Assembly (NCBI GenBank): GCA_963734275.1
Contig: CAVTGO010000008.1
Coordinates: forward strand, 32,718 to 96,717
Direction: 5' to 3'
Origin: an uncultured Actinomycetes bacterium
Lineage (GTDB): Bacteria > Actinomycetota > UBA4738 > HRBIN12
DNA: 64,000 nt
A program made the translations under genes and the position numbers. Shown here one piece after another: positions 1 through 9,622 of this stretch. The notes below the pieces were generated by a model. The model did no database searches and had not been told where the DNA came from. It saw nothing but the letters and a program-made list of their open reading frames with translations. Position 1 is the stretch's first letter. Each line of letters starts with the position of its first letter.

Positions 1-793
1 CGAGGTCGGTGAACTCGGGGACGCCGTCGCCGCCGTCGGACAGGCCGGGGTTCACGACCTGACCCGCGAACCCCGGGACCCCGGACGGGTTCTCCGCGGA
101 GAACGGCGGGAGCGCCACGTTGGCACCCGGCAGCCGCGGCAGCCCGATGAACACGGCGCCGACCGCGAGGGCGGCGACCACCGTCCACGAGGCGACCGTC
201 CGCGCCGTCGCCAGCCGCCGCGGCACCCGGACGCCGGAGGCACGTGGGCGCACCGCGACCACGGCGCCGAGTTCCTGCTCGGGCGGGCGGAGCGTCACGA
301 ACAGGTAGGCGCACGACAAGGCGAGCCACGGGAGCAGGTACACGAGGAACCCGGTGCCGAAGGACAGGGCGCCCGCCTCGCCCATCAGGATCACGCTCGA
401 CACCACCGAGAAGCCGAGGTCGCGACGGCGCGGCACGTCGAATGCGTGCAGCACCTGCACCCAGAGGAACAGACCCGCCAGCGGCTGCCGGGCCTCGTCG
501 AACGAGCTCGCGCCCTGCACGGCCTGCACGAACGAGCCGAGGGCGGCGAGCAGCCCCACCGACAGCGCCACCTTCGTGATGACCGATGGGCTCCGTCGGC
601 GCGCGAACGAGTAAGCGTAGCCGACCGGCGCGAGGACCAGGGCCGCGACGCCCGTGACCGCGTCGACGGCCCCCTGCGCCACGACGGCCGCGATCGCGAC
701 CTCGACCATCAGCGCCACGATCACGCGGAGCCGGAGCGAGTCTTCAGGTTCCCCGTGGCCCGCGCGGACACGTTCGGCGACGTTCGCGCTCAT
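1..793 (-). CDS. Transglutaminase-family membrane protein, N-terminal multi-TM (DUF3488-like) part; partial, runs off the window start
   Basis: Not in the ORF track because there is no stop in the window. ATG at 793-791 overlaps the DUF58 stop (ATGA). My hand translation is open to position 1: MSANVAERVRAGHGEPEDSLRLRVIVALMVEVAIAAVV...FLWVQVLHAFDVPRRRD. It is hydrophobic and sits in the usual third position of MoxR-DUF58-TGase operons. Confidence 0.55.
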   Translation of the reverse strand, partial: MSANVAERVRAGHGEPEDSLRLRVIVALMVEVAIAAVVAQGAVDAVTGVAALVLAPVGYAYSFARRRSPSVITKVALSVGLLAALGSFVQAVQGASSFDEARQPLAGLFLWVQVLHAFDVPRRRDLGFSVVSSVILMGEAGALSFGTGFLVYLLPWLALSCAYLFVTLRPPEQELGAVVAVRPRASGVRVPRRLATARTVASWTVVAALAVGAVFIGLPRLPGANVALPPFSAENPSGVPGFAGQVVNPGLSDGGDGVPEFTDL

Positions 794-2016
794 CGGATCG
801 CCCCCGCGGCGGCGCGCTGCAGGACCTCGAGCTCCGAGTCGGCGGCCAGGCGGTGCACGAGGACCCCGCGCGAGGCCAGCTCGTCCGCCAGCGCATCCAC
901 CGCTGCGGGCTCGAGCCTCGGGGCCCGGTCGGTGCCGGCGAACGTGTGCGCCTCGACGAGCACGGCGACCACGCGCGGGGCCCGACGGGCCAGGTCGCCG
1001 ACGGCTTCGGCGAGGGTCTCGGCAGCGTTCGCACGCCACGTCGGAAGGGCGAGCAGCACCGTCTCGGCGCCGAGCACCTCGCCACCGAGCTCCCCGATCA
1101 GCGCCGCCATCGTCATCCCGCCGCCGGGTCGCAGCTCGGCCAGCCAGCGGAGCGTGCCCGCGGGCTCAACGCGCGCCAGCGAGGCCGGCTCACCGCCGGC
1201 GGCCGACACGAGGCGGACCCCCTGTCCGGCGCCCTGCGCGGCGAACGCGACGGACGCCGCCACCGAGCAGCAGCGGTCCATGGGCGTCTCGCCGGCCCCG
1301 GCGTCGCCGACGGCGTCCACGACGACGACCAGCCGGCGCGTCTGCTCCCGCTCGAACTCGCGGACCATGACCTCGCCCCGCCGCGCGGTCGAGGGCCAGT
1401 GCACGTGCCGGAGCGAGTCGCCGGTGCGGTACTCGCGGATCCCCAGGTAGTCGGGGCCCGCGCCGCGCCTCGGCGCGGCGTGGAGGGCGCGCTCCGGTGT
1501 CGGAGAGGACTCCAGCCACGGGAGGTGGTCCAGGCGCACGAGCCGTGGGTACACGACGGTCTCGCCCGCCGCCTCCACCCGCCGGCGCCGCTCGGCCACG
1601 CCGAACGGGGCGGCGGAGGCCACCACGACCTCGCTCGCCGCGTGGACGCCGCGGCTCGCCGCGGTGCGGATCGTCTCGACGACGACCGCCGCACCCGGGG
1701 CGAGGGAGGGGAGGAACGCGCGGGCGGGTTCGACGTGCTCGTCGCGCAGGTCGAGCGCCAGCCGGACCCCGCGCGAACGGTTCGTCACGATCAGGTCGAC
1801 GCGGACGCGGTCGCCCTGGAAGGCCTCGGCCGGCGCGCGGCGCTCGATCTCGACGTCGCGGACCATCCGCCGAGGCAGGACGAGACCGGCGAGCGCCGCG
1901 CCGAGCAGGCACGACGCGATCGCGAGGAGCCAACCGGCCTGCACGCTGGTCCCGACGACGAACAGCAGGACGGCGCCGCCGACGAGTCCCAGCGCGCGGC
2001 GCCGCGGCCTCGGCAC
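790..2016 (-). CDS. DUF58 family protein (MoxR-associated)
   Basis: This is the C-terminal 408 aa of the 958-aa track ORF. It has an N-terminal TM pair and a YLGIREYRTGDSLRHVHW motif typical of DUF58. The first in-frame start after the moxR stop is GTG at 2016. Confidence 0.85.
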   Translation of the reverse strand: MPRPRRRALGLVGGAVLLFVVGTSVQAGWLLAIASCLLGAALAGLVLPRRMVRDVEIERRAPAEAFQGDRVRVDLIVTNRSRGVRLALDLRDEHVEPARAFLPSLAPGAAVVVETIRTAASRGVHAASEVVVASAAPFGVAERRRRVEAAGETVVYPRLVRLDHLPWLESSPTPERALHAAPRRGAGPDYLGIREYRTGDSLRHVHWPSTARRGEVMVREFEREQTRRLVVVVDAVGDAGAGETPMDRCCSVAASVAFAAQGAGQGVRLVSAAGGEPASLARVEPAGTLRWLAELRPGGGMTMAALIGELGGEVLGAETVLLALPTWRANAAETLAEAVGDLARRAPRVVAVLVEAHTFAGTDRAPRLEPAAVDALADELASRGVLVHRLAADSELEVLQRAAAGAIR

Positions 2017-2021
2017 GGCGT

Positions 2022-2987
2022 CTACCCGGGGACGCCGAGCGGCACGGGCACCCGCTCGAGGAGCTCCCGGACCACGTCGAGCGCAGTTCCGGAGGACACC
2101 GTGCCGCGGCTGCGCGGCACGATCCGATGCGCGAGCACCGCCGGCGCGAGCGCCTTCACGTCGTCGGGCAGGACGTACGCGCGCCCCATCATCGCGGCCC
2201 TGGCTTGCGCCGCATGCGTGAGCGCGACCATCGAGCGGGGCGAGGCACCGAGGAGCACGTCGCCGTGCTCCCGCGTGGCCTTCGTGAGCCCCACTACGTA
2301 CTCGATGACCGCGCCGTCCACGTGTACGCCGCGGACGGCGTGCTGGTGCTCGACGACCTCCTCGGCCGTGACAACGGCGCCGAGCTCGCCGATGGGATGC
2401 TCGAGGAGCTGCCGCCGCACGATCTGCGACGCCGACGCGTCGTCGGGATAGCCCACGAAGACCGTCATCGTGAACCGGTCCAGCTGACCCTCGGGCAGCG
2501 GGTAGGTGCCGTGCTGGTCGATCGGGTTCTCCGTCGCGACTACGAGGTATGGACGCGGGAGCAGATGGGTCACGCCCTCGACGGTGACCTGGCGCTCCTC
2601 CATCGGCTCGAGCAGCGCCGACTGGGTCCGCGGGGTCGTGCGGTTGATCTCGTCCACCAGGACGACGTTCGCGAACACCGGGCCCGGCACGAACCGGAAC
2701 TCGCCGAGGTGCTGGTCCCAGACGGAGACGCCGGTCAGGTCGCTCGGCAGCAGATCGGGCGTCGCCTGGATGCGGTTGAAGGTCCCGTCGATCGATGCGG
2801 CCAAGGAGCGGGCGAGCATGGTCTTGCCGACGCCCGGGACGCCCTCGAGCAGCAGGTTGCCCTGCGCGAACAGGCAGACGACGGCATCCTCGACCTGGTC
2901 GCGGGCGCCGGCGATCACCTGTTCGACGTTGTCGGCCACGCGCCGCATGGCGGCCGTGGTCGCGCCGAGATCCACCTGGGGAGGCAT
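2022..2987 (-). CDS. MoxR-like AAA+ ATPase
   Basis: 321 aa with Walker A GVPGVGKT and Walker B VVLVDEINR, and overall MoxR family similarity. Confidence 0.9.
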   Translation of the reverse strand: MPPQVDLGATTAAMRRVADNVEQVIAGARDQVEDAVVCLFAQGNLLLEGVPGVGKTMLARSLAASIDGTFNRIQATPDLLPSDLTGVSVWDQHLGEFRFVPGPVFANVVLVDEINRTTPRTQSALLEPMEERQVTVEGVTHLLPRPYLVVATENPIDQHGTYPLPEGQLDRFTMTVFVGYPDDASASQIVRRQLLEHPIGELGAVVTAEEVVEHQHAVRGVHVDGAVIEYVVGLTKATREHGDVLLGASPRSMVALTHAAQARAAMMGRAYVLPDDVKALAPAVLAHRIVPRSRGTVSSGTALDVVRELLERVPVPLGVPG

Positions 2988-3029
2988 CCCTTGGGCATCG
3001 ACCCGACGGCGGCCGGGCTTGAACCGTGC

Positions 3030-4616
3030 CTAGCGCGACAGCTTCCTGAGCTCGCCGAGGATCTCGCGGGCCGCGTTCGCGCCGGGGGCGCCCGTCACTC
3101 CCCCACCAGGATGGGCCCCCGAGCCGCACAGGTACAGGCCCGGCAGCGCCAGGCGGTACCGCGCGTGGCCGAACAATGGCCGCCACACGAAGAACTGGTC
3201 CAGGCCGGGCTCGGCGTGGTACACGTGCCCGCCCGACAGCCCATAGTCGCGCTCGAGGTCCACCGGCGTGAGGACCCGCCGGGCGGTCACCAGGTCGCCG
3301 AGCCCGGGCGCGTGCAGTTCCATCGTCTTCACGACGACGTCGGCGAGGCGATCGCGCTCGGCGTCCCATTCGCCCTCGCGCAGCGTGTGGGGCGTCCACT
3401 GCACGACGACGCTCATCACATGCGTCCCCTCGGGCGCGAGCGTCGGGTCCGAGATCGTGGGGATCGTCGCCTCGAGGTACGGCTCCTCGCTGATCCGGCC
3501 GAACTTGGCGGCGTCGTACCCGTGCTCCAGGTAGTCGATGGACGGGCCGATCACGATCCGGCCGGCCAGGCGCTCGGGGTCGCCGTCCGCGAACGCCGGC
3601 AGGCCCGACAGCGCCAGGTTCACCTTCGACGCGGTGCCCCGTGTGCGGATGTTGGCGGCCCGCCATCGCAGGTGCGGACCGATCTCGACCGGGTCGACGA
3701 GCTGCGTGAGCGTGCGCTTCGGGTCGGCCGCGGTGATCACCGCCCGCGCACGGAGCTCCTCACCGTCCGCGAGCGCCACGCCGACGGCCCGCCCCCCTTC
3801 CGTGAGGACGCGAGCGACCTCGGTGCCGGTCCGGACCTCGGCGCCGAACCCTCGTGCGGCCGTGGCGAGCGCCTCGGCGAGCGCGCCGGGGCCGCCTCGT
3901 GCGATCGTGGACTGGCCGGCCGCCCCGCCGTCGTTGCCGGCCGAGTCGTTCAGCAAGACGGCCGCCGTCCCCGCCGACCACGGCCCCATCGACGTGTACT
4001 GGACGGCGCGCGAGGCGATCGCGCCGCGCACGGCGTCGGTCTCGAACGTCTCGGCGACGTAGTCGGCGATCGCCATCGGCAGCGCGCGTGTCGACTCGCG
4101 GCCCGCCTTCGCGCCCAGTCGCCGGAAGGCGTTGCCGAGCTTCAGGCCGTTCATCGCGTCGGCGAGCGAGGGATCCTTCACGTCCGGCGGGGTGATCGCG
4201 TGCAGGTACGACAGGAACGTGCCGAGCGTGCGCACCCGGGCGTCGAACGCCGGGTACGCTTCGGCGTCCTTCGGCGAACGCTCCCGGAGCTCGGACGCCG
4301 TCCGCGAGGCGTCCGCCCACAGCGTGAGCGGCGGGCCGTCCGGCTGCGGGGCGAACACGCGCACCGCGGGGTCAACGGTCACGAGGCCGTGCTGCACGAG
4401 CCCCAGGTCCTCGGTCACCGATCTCCTCAGGCGTCCGATCGTGTGGACGATGCCGGGAGCCCGGACGCCCTCGGCGATCTCCAGCGTGTCGAGGATCCCG
4501 CCCACCTTCTCGCGGCGCTCCAGCACGACGACCGTGCGCCCTGCCTTCGCGAGGTAGGCGGCGGTCACCAGGCCGTTGTGGCCGGCGCCGATCACGATCG
4601 CGTCCAGCCGGGCCAT
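3030..4616 (-). CDS. NAD(P)/FAD-dependent oxidoreductase, phytoene-desaturase (CrtI/COG1233) family
   Basis: Begins MARLDAIVIGAGHNGLVTAAYLAKAG (GxGxxG dinucleotide fold). The C-terminus CGSGAHPGGGVTGAPG is typical of the family. The ATG at 4616 overlaps the upstream stop by 1 nt. Confidence 0.8.
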   Translation of the reverse strand: MARLDAIVIGAGHNGLVTAAYLAKAGRTVVVLERREKVGGILDTLEIAEGVRAPGIVHTIGRLRRSVTEDLGLVQHGLVTVDPAVRVFAPQPDGPPLTLWADASRTASELRERSPKDAEAYPAFDARVRTLGTFLSYLHAITPPDVKDPSLADAMNGLKLGNAFRRLGAKAGRESTRALPMAIADYVAETFETDAVRGAIASRAVQYTSMGPWSAGTAAVLLNDSAGNDGGAAGQSTIARGGPGALAEALATAARGFGAEVRTGTEVARVLTEGGRAVGVALADGEELRARAVITAADPKRTLTQLVDPVEIGPHLRWRAANIRTRGTASKVNLALSGLPAFADGDPERLAGRIVIGPSIDYLEHGYDAAKFGRISEEPYLEATIPTISDPTLAPEGTHVMSVVVQWTPHTLREGEWDAERDRLADVVVKTMELHAPGLGDLVTARRVLTPVDLERDYGLSGGHVYHAEPGLDQFFVWRPLFGHARYRLALPGLYLCGSGAHPGGGVTGAPGANAAREILGELRKLSR

Positions 4617-6220
4617 CACGCGGCCTTGCCCTTGCCGCCCCGCTGCGACTTCAGCAGCTCGAGCGCGGCGATCCGGCCGGGCGCGCCCATGATGCCTCCC
4701 CCCGGGTGGGTCGCCGAGCCGCACATCCACAGGTCTTTGATCGGCGTGCGGTACCGCGCCCAGCCGGGGACCGGCCGGTTGAAGAAGAGCTGCTCCAGCG
4801 ACAGCTCGCCCTGGAAGATGTTCCCCTCGGTGAGGCCGGTGATCCGCTCGATGTCGAGCGGCGTCAGCACCTGCTTGTGCAGGATCAGTTTGCGGATGTT
4901 CGGGAAGCGACCCTCGAGTGTCGAGATCACGGTCTCGCCGAACGCGTCCCTGCGCGCGTCGTCCCAGACCCCTCCGCCCTCCAGGTGGTACGGGGCGTAC
5001 TGGACGAAGCAGCTCATCACGTGCTTGCCGGGCGGCGCCATGCTCGGGTCCACGAGCGTCGGGATGATGCAGTCGATGTACGGCTCGCGCGAGAAACGGC
5101 CGTATTTCGCGTCGTCGTAGGCGCGCTCCATGTAGTCCACGCCCGGCGAGAAGCTGATGGCGCCACGGAGCCACTCGCCCACGCCGGGCTTGCACGCGAG
5201 CTCGGGCAGCGCGTCGAGCGCGAGATTCACCTTCCCGCTCGAGCCCCGGTACTTGTAGCGCTTCACCTCGTCCCGGAACGTCGGGTCCAGCTCGGACTCC
5301 TCGACGAGCTTGAGGAACGTCACGTGCGAGTCGACGCTGGAGAGCACCACCTTCGCCGCGATCTCCTGGCCGGACTCGAGCACCACACCGGTCGAGCGCC
5401 CGTTCTTGACCGTGATCCGCGCGACCGGGGCCTCGAGGCGGATCTGGACCCCGGCCTCGCGCGCGGCGGCGCCGATCGCCTCCGAGATACCGCCGGTGCC
5501 GCCGCGGGGGATGCCCCACGCGCGGAACGCGCCGTCGATCTCGCCCATGTAGTGGTGCAGCAGCACGTACGCCGTCCCGGGCGAGCGCACGCCCTGGAAG
5601 GTCCCGATGATCCCCGAGGCCGACATCGTCGCGATCAGCGGGTCGGTCTCGAACCACTGCTCGAGGAACTCGGTCGCGCTCATCGTCATCAGCTGGATGA
5701 ACGTGGCCTGGAGACGCTCGGGCAGGTCGCGGAAGGTCTTGGCCAGACCGAGCAGCGGCATCCAGTCGAACGGGTTGATCCGGCCCGGGTCCGGCGGGAC
5801 GACCGACAGGATCGGCTTGATGAACCGCGCCATGTCGGCCATGAGCTGGCCGTACTCCTCGTAGGCCTCGGCATCGCTCTTCGACCATCGGCGGAGCTCG
5901 CGGATCGTCTTGCCGTGATCGTTCACGCGCCACAGGTAGTCGTCGTCGAGCGGCGTGATCGTCCCGTCGAGCGGGAGGATCTCTAGGCCGTGCTTCGGGA
6001 GCTCGAGCTCGCGGATGATCTCGGGGCGAAGGAGCGAGACCACGTAGCTGAATTCGCTGAACCGGAAGCCGGGGAAGAGCTCCTCGGTGACCGCGGCGCC
6101 GCCCAGGATGTGGCGCTTCTCGAGGACGAGGACCTTGCGGCCCGCCCGCGCGAGGTACGCGGCGGCCGTCAGGCCGTTGTGCCCGCCGCCCACGATCACC
6201 GCGTCGAACCGCTCCGCCAC
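4616..6220 (-). CDS. NAD(P)/FAD-dependent oxidoreductase, phytoene-desaturase (CrtI/COG1233) family (paralog)
   Basis: 534 aa, begins MAERFDAVIVGGGHNGLTAAAYLARAG, with C-terminal CGSATHPGGGIMGAPG. It is a tandem paralog of the downstream gene. Confidence 0.8.
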   Translation of the reverse strand: MAERFDAVIVGGGHNGLTAAAYLARAGRKVLVLEKRHILGGAAVTEELFPGFRFSEFSYVVSLLRPEIIRELELPKHGLEILPLDGTITPLDDDYLWRVNDHGKTIRELRRWSKSDAEAYEEYGQLMADMARFIKPILSVVPPDPGRINPFDWMPLLGLAKTFRDLPERLQATFIQLMTMSATEFLEQWFETDPLIATMSASGIIGTFQGVRSPGTAYVLLHHYMGEIDGAFRAWGIPRGGTGGISEAIGAAAREAGVQIRLEAPVARITVKNGRSTGVVLESGQEIAAKVVLSSVDSHVTFLKLVEESELDPTFRDEVKRYKYRGSSGKVNLALDALPELACKPGVGEWLRGAISFSPGVDYMERAYDDAKYGRFSREPYIDCIIPTLVDPSMAPPGKHVMSCFVQYAPYHLEGGGVWDDARRDAFGETVISTLEGRFPNIRKLILHKQVLTPLDIERITGLTEGNIFQGELSLEQLFFNRPVPGWARYRTPIKDLWMCGSATHPGGGIMGAPGRIAALELLKSQRGGKGKAA

Positions 6221-6331
6221 CGCTGCATGCTAGACCGGCGGTTGGGGCTCGGCCACAGGGCCCGTGACCTGTGGTCAGCAGAGACCGTTCCCGCCCCACG
6301 GCCCGGGTGCGTACGCTGAGGCCGGCACCAC

Positions 6332-6420
6332 GTCGAGTCGAAGGTCGGCCCGAGGTCGAGCCGAGGGTCGAGCCGAGGGTCGAGCCGAGGGTCGAGCCGA
6401 GGGTCGAGCCGAGGGTCGAG
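6332..6420. repeat. 12-bp tandem repeat: GTCGAGCCGAGG x5 perfect (6355-6414) plus degenerate flanking copies
   Basis: Read directly from the sequence. It lies in the 210-bp divergent intergenic region between the genes starting at 6220 (-) and 6431 (+). The last partial copy runs into the GAGGAG Shine-Dalgarno of the + gene. Confidence 0.9.
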
Positions 6421-6430
6421 GAGGAGAACC

Positions 6431-7621
6431 GTGAGCGTCGGCACCGCGTTCCACCCGCGCACGTCGCAGCTCAACGCGAGGATGGCCTGGGGCGAGTGGT
6501 CGGGCTACTTCGCCGCCGCCGTCTACGCGGACTTCCACGACATCGAGTACAACGCGATCCGCGAGCAGGCCGCCCTGATCGACGTGAGCCCGCTGTACAA
6601 GTACGCGATATCCGGCTCCGGGGCCGCCGAGCTGCTCGACCGGGTCCTCACCCGCGACGTCGGCAGGCTCGCCGTGGGCCGCGTGATCTACACGCCGTGG
6701 TGCAACGAGGACGGCAAGGTGATCGACGACGGAACGGTCACCCGCCGCGCCCCGGACGAGTTCTTCGTGACCGCGGCCGACCCCTCGTACCGATGGTTCA
6801 TGCTGAACGCGAGCGGCCTCGACGTCTCCATCGATGACGTCTCCGAGCAGGTGGCCGGCGTGGCGATCCAGGGCCCGCGGTCGCGCGCGATCCTCGAGGC
6901 CGCCACGCGGCAGGACTGGGCGGACGTGGGGTACTTCGGCCACCGGCGCACCGAGCTCGGCGGCGTGGACGTGCACGTCACGCGCACCGGCTACACGGGC
7001 GACCTCGGCTACGAGGTCTGGGTTCCGGCGGACTCCGCGATCGAGGTGTGGGACACGCTGTGGGAGGCGGGCCGGCCGCACGGCATCCGCCCGGCGGGCA
7101 TCAACGCCCTCGACGTCAGCCGGGTCGAGGCCGGCCTGATCCTGATCGAGGCCGAGTACACGAGCGCTCGCCACGCGATGAGCCTCGAGCAGATGTACTC
7201 GCCGGACGAGATCGGCCTCGGGCGCCTGGTGGATCTCGGCAAGCCGGCGTTCGTCGGCCGGCGCGCCCTCGAGCTGGAACGGAAGTCCGGCGGACCCCAA
7301 CGGCGCCTGGTCGGGCTCGAGCTCGACTGGCTCGGCATCGAGGCGCTGTACGCGAAGCACGATCTGCCGCCGGGCGTGTCGGCGCTCGTGCAGCGACAGG
7401 CGGTGCCTGTCCACCGCCAGGGCGAGCAGATCGGTCGGGCCACCAGCATCGCGTGGGGCCCGACGATCAAGAAGATGGTCGGCTTCGGCTCGGTGCCCCC
7501 GACCGCCGTCCGAGCCGGGACGCGCCTCTCGGTCGAGTGGACCGTCGAGGGCGAGCGCGGCACCGTACCCGCGAAGGTCGTGCCACTGCCGTTCCTGGAC
7601 CTCTCGCGCAAGCGCGCGTAG
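6431..7621 (+). CDS. Aminomethyltransferase-family (GcvT-like) folate-binding protein
   Basis: 396 aa with a GTG start preceded by GAGGAG. GcvT-family similarity includes LIDVSPLYKYAISG and TRTGYTGDLGYEVW. Confidence 0.8.
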   Translation: MSVGTAFHPRTSQLNARMAWGEWSGYFAAAVYADFHDIEYNAIREQAALIDVSPLYKYAISGSGAAELLDRVLTRDVGRLAVGRVIYTPWCNEDGKVIDDGTVTRRAPDEFFVTAADPSYRWFMLNASGLDVSIDDVSEQVAGVAIQGPRSRAILEAATRQDWADVGYFGHRRTELGGVDVHVTRTGYTGDLGYEVWVPADSAIEVWDTLWEAGRPHGIRPAGINALDVSRVEAGLILIEAEYTSARHAMSLEQMYSPDEIGLGRLVDLGKPAFVGRRALELERKSGGPQRRLVGLELDWLGIEALYAKHDLPPGVSALVQRQAVPVHRQGEQIGRATSIAWGPTIKKMVGFGSVPPTAVRAGTRLSVEWTVEGERGTVPAKVVPLPFLDLSRKRA

Positions 7622-7660
7622 TCCGCCTCCCGCAGGGCGTCTGGGAGAATCGCACCGCCC

Positions 7661-9547
7661 ATGCGTTCCCGAGGTCTGCTCGCCCTGTTCGCCGCGGCCG
7701 GAGGCTTCGCCGCCTTCGTCATCGCCTTCACCGGAAGCCTCTCGGTGTCGCTGGTCGCCGGCCTCATCGTGCTCGTGACGGCCCTCGTGCTGATCCGCGA
7801 TCAGATCCCCGGAGGGGACCCGCCCGACCCATCGCGGCGGCGGCTCCTGCTCGGCGCCCTCGGCGGCCTCGGGCTCGCCCTCGTCGCCGGAGGGTCGGCC
7901 CTCGGCGCCGCGCTGCGGCGCCTCTCCCGTCCGGATCCACGGCCCGTCCTGGAAGCGAGCGCGCGCGACGTCGGCGCCGAGTATCTCCAGCTGGTAACCC
8001 GCGCCTACCACCCCGAGCGCTCGGGCGACCTCCAGCTCCTCGTGACGCCGTACTCGACCTCCAATTACAAGCAGGAGTCCGTGGACCTGGTCCCGAACGA
8101 TCCGCGGACGAGCCACGCGGTCGTGTGGATGTACGGCGAGCGCGTCCCGATCGTCGTGTGGGCCCCCGGCTCGGTGGAGCCGGCCACGTTCGACGAGCGG
8201 GTGACGCTCGCCGACGTCGCGCCGACGATCGCGAAGCTGTCCGGCTTCGACGAGTTCGAGGCCGCGGACGGCATCCCGCTCCCGGGGATCCCGGCGGTCA
8301 CGCCACCCGCGCCCCCGCGCGCGATCGTGGCCTTCGTGATCGACGGCGGGGGATGGAACGTGCTGCGGCGCTGGCCCGACGCGTGGCCCAACCTGAAGCG
8401 ACTGATGGGCGAGGGTGCGACCTACCGCAACGCGATCGTGGGCTCCTTCCCCGCCGTCACGGCCTCGTCCCACGCGACGATCGGCACGGGCGCGTTCCCT
8501 CGGACGCACGGGATCACCGGTCACAACGTCCGTCGGGGGGGCAGACCGGTCAAGGCCTGGGGCGAGCCCGGGAGCGTCGACCCGTCCTTCCTGCTCGAGC
8601 CCACGCTCGCGGACCGCTGGGTCGAGCACACCGAGGGACGCGCGTGGGTGGGCGAGATCGGCTACCAGGTCTGGCACCTCGGGCTCCTCGGCCGCGGCGG
8701 TCGCCCGAACGGCGGGCTCCCCGTCGCCGTGTACTGGGACGAGTCCGGCGGGACGGGCTGGCAGCCCCACAACCCCGAGCTCTACCGGCTGCCGCGGAGC
8801 GTCCCCAGCCTCGAGCGCCTCGACGAGCTCAGCGTGGGCTACACGCCGCCCGCACCGTCCCCGTACGACCCGACCGGGAAGAAGGCGATGTGCTGCTTCC
8901 CGCCGGTGGTGCGCTACCAGGGCGAGCTGATCGAGGCGACGCTGGATTCCGAGCCGTTCGGCGACGACGAGGTCCCCGACCTGCTGTTCATCAACTTCAA
9001 GGCGCCCGACTACTCGGGTCACGTCTACAACATGGACGATCCGCGCCAAGCCGAGGTCCTGGGCGCCGTGGACGACGAGGTCGGACGTCTGGCCGCGAAC
9101 CTGCTCGAGCGCTTCGGCGAGGGACGGTTCGCGATGATCGTGACGGCTGACCACGGCCAGTGCCCGCCGATCGACGCCAGCGGCGGCGTGCGCATCGACC
9201 CGATCCAGCTCCAGGAGGACCTCGAGTCCGAGTTCGGCCAGAGCGCGTTCGGCCTGATCGAGAACGTCGCGCCCTCGGAGGTCTACCTCGACCCGCGGGC
9301 GCTCGCCGACGTCGGAGCCACGGCCGAGGACGTCGCGGCGTTCCTGGCCGGCTACCGCTACGGCGAGAACATCGGCCCCTACGTCCCGCAGGCCGCGGTG
9401 AACATCGACCGGCTCGACGCGAAGACCTTCGCCGCGGTCCTTCCCACCTCGTTCATCGCCGACCTGGCCTCCAAGGACCTCTCAGCGTTCGGCGAGACCC
9501 GGTACCCGGAGGCCGACCCCGACGGGATCCCGCCGATCACCTGGTAG
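7661..9547 (+). CDS. Alkaline-phosphatase superfamily protein (type I phosphodiesterase/nucleotide pyrophosphatase-like), membrane anchored
   Basis: 628 aa. Two N-terminal hydrophobic helices are followed by SRRRLLLGALGG. The core carries FPAVTASSHATIGTG and TADHG, which resemble AP-superfamily metal/nucleophile motifs. Confidence 0.65.
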   Translation: MRSRGLLALFAAAGGFAAFVIAFTGSLSVSLVAGLIVLVTALVLIRDQIPGGDPPDPSRRRLLLGALGGLGLALVAGGSALGAALRRLSRPDPRPVLEASARDVGAEYLQLVTRAYHPERSGDLQLLVTPYSTSNYKQESVDLVPNDPRTSHAVVWMYGERVPIVVWAPGSVEPATFDERVTLADVAPTIAKLSGFDEFEAADGIPLPGIPAVTPPAPPRAIVAFVIDGGGWNVLRRWPDAWPNLKRLMGEGATYRNAIVGSFPAVTASSHATIGTGAFPRTHGITGHNVRRGGRPVKAWGEPGSVDPSFLLEPTLADRWVEHTEGRAWVGEIGYQVWHLGLLGRGGRPNGGLPVAVYWDESGGTGWQPHNPELYRLPRSVPSLERLDELSVGYTPPAPSPYDPTGKKAMCCFPPVVRYQGELIEATLDSEPFGDDEVPDLLFINFKAPDYSGHVYNMDDPRQAEVLGAVDDEVGRLAANLLERFGEGRFAMIVTADHGQCPPIDASGGVRIDPIQLQEDLESEFGQSAFGLIENVAPSEVYLDPRALADVGATAEDVAAFLAGYRYGENIGPYVPQAAVNIDRLDAKTFAAVLPTSFIADLASKDLSAFGETRYPEADPDGIPPITW

Positions 9548-9622
9548 CCGGCACACCCGCTCCTTCCAACGCGCAGTGGTACCGTTCGCCCACGGTCACC
9601 GTTCGAACGAGGAGGTCGCCCG

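Noticed and set aside
1497-5120. Very long ORFs antisense to or overlapping the called genes. Examples are 1497..5120 +, 6275..9154 -, 17764..20241 -, 18135..20516 +, 24933..27200 +, 33595..36594 +, 38056..41682 - (upstream part), 43965..45980 + and 48235..50121 +.
   Set aside because: Their translations are Arg/Pro/Gly/Ala-rich low-complexity sequence, typical of shadow frames in DNA of about 72% GC. In each case another frame or strand carries a protein with clear family motifs.
6271-6837. An ORF reading the 12-bp tandem array as a (VEPR)n repeat protein.
   Set aside because: It is out of frame with, and overlaps, the well-supported GcvT-like gene. The rest of the translation is Arg-rich shadow sequence. 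The repeat is better treated as a non-coding array.
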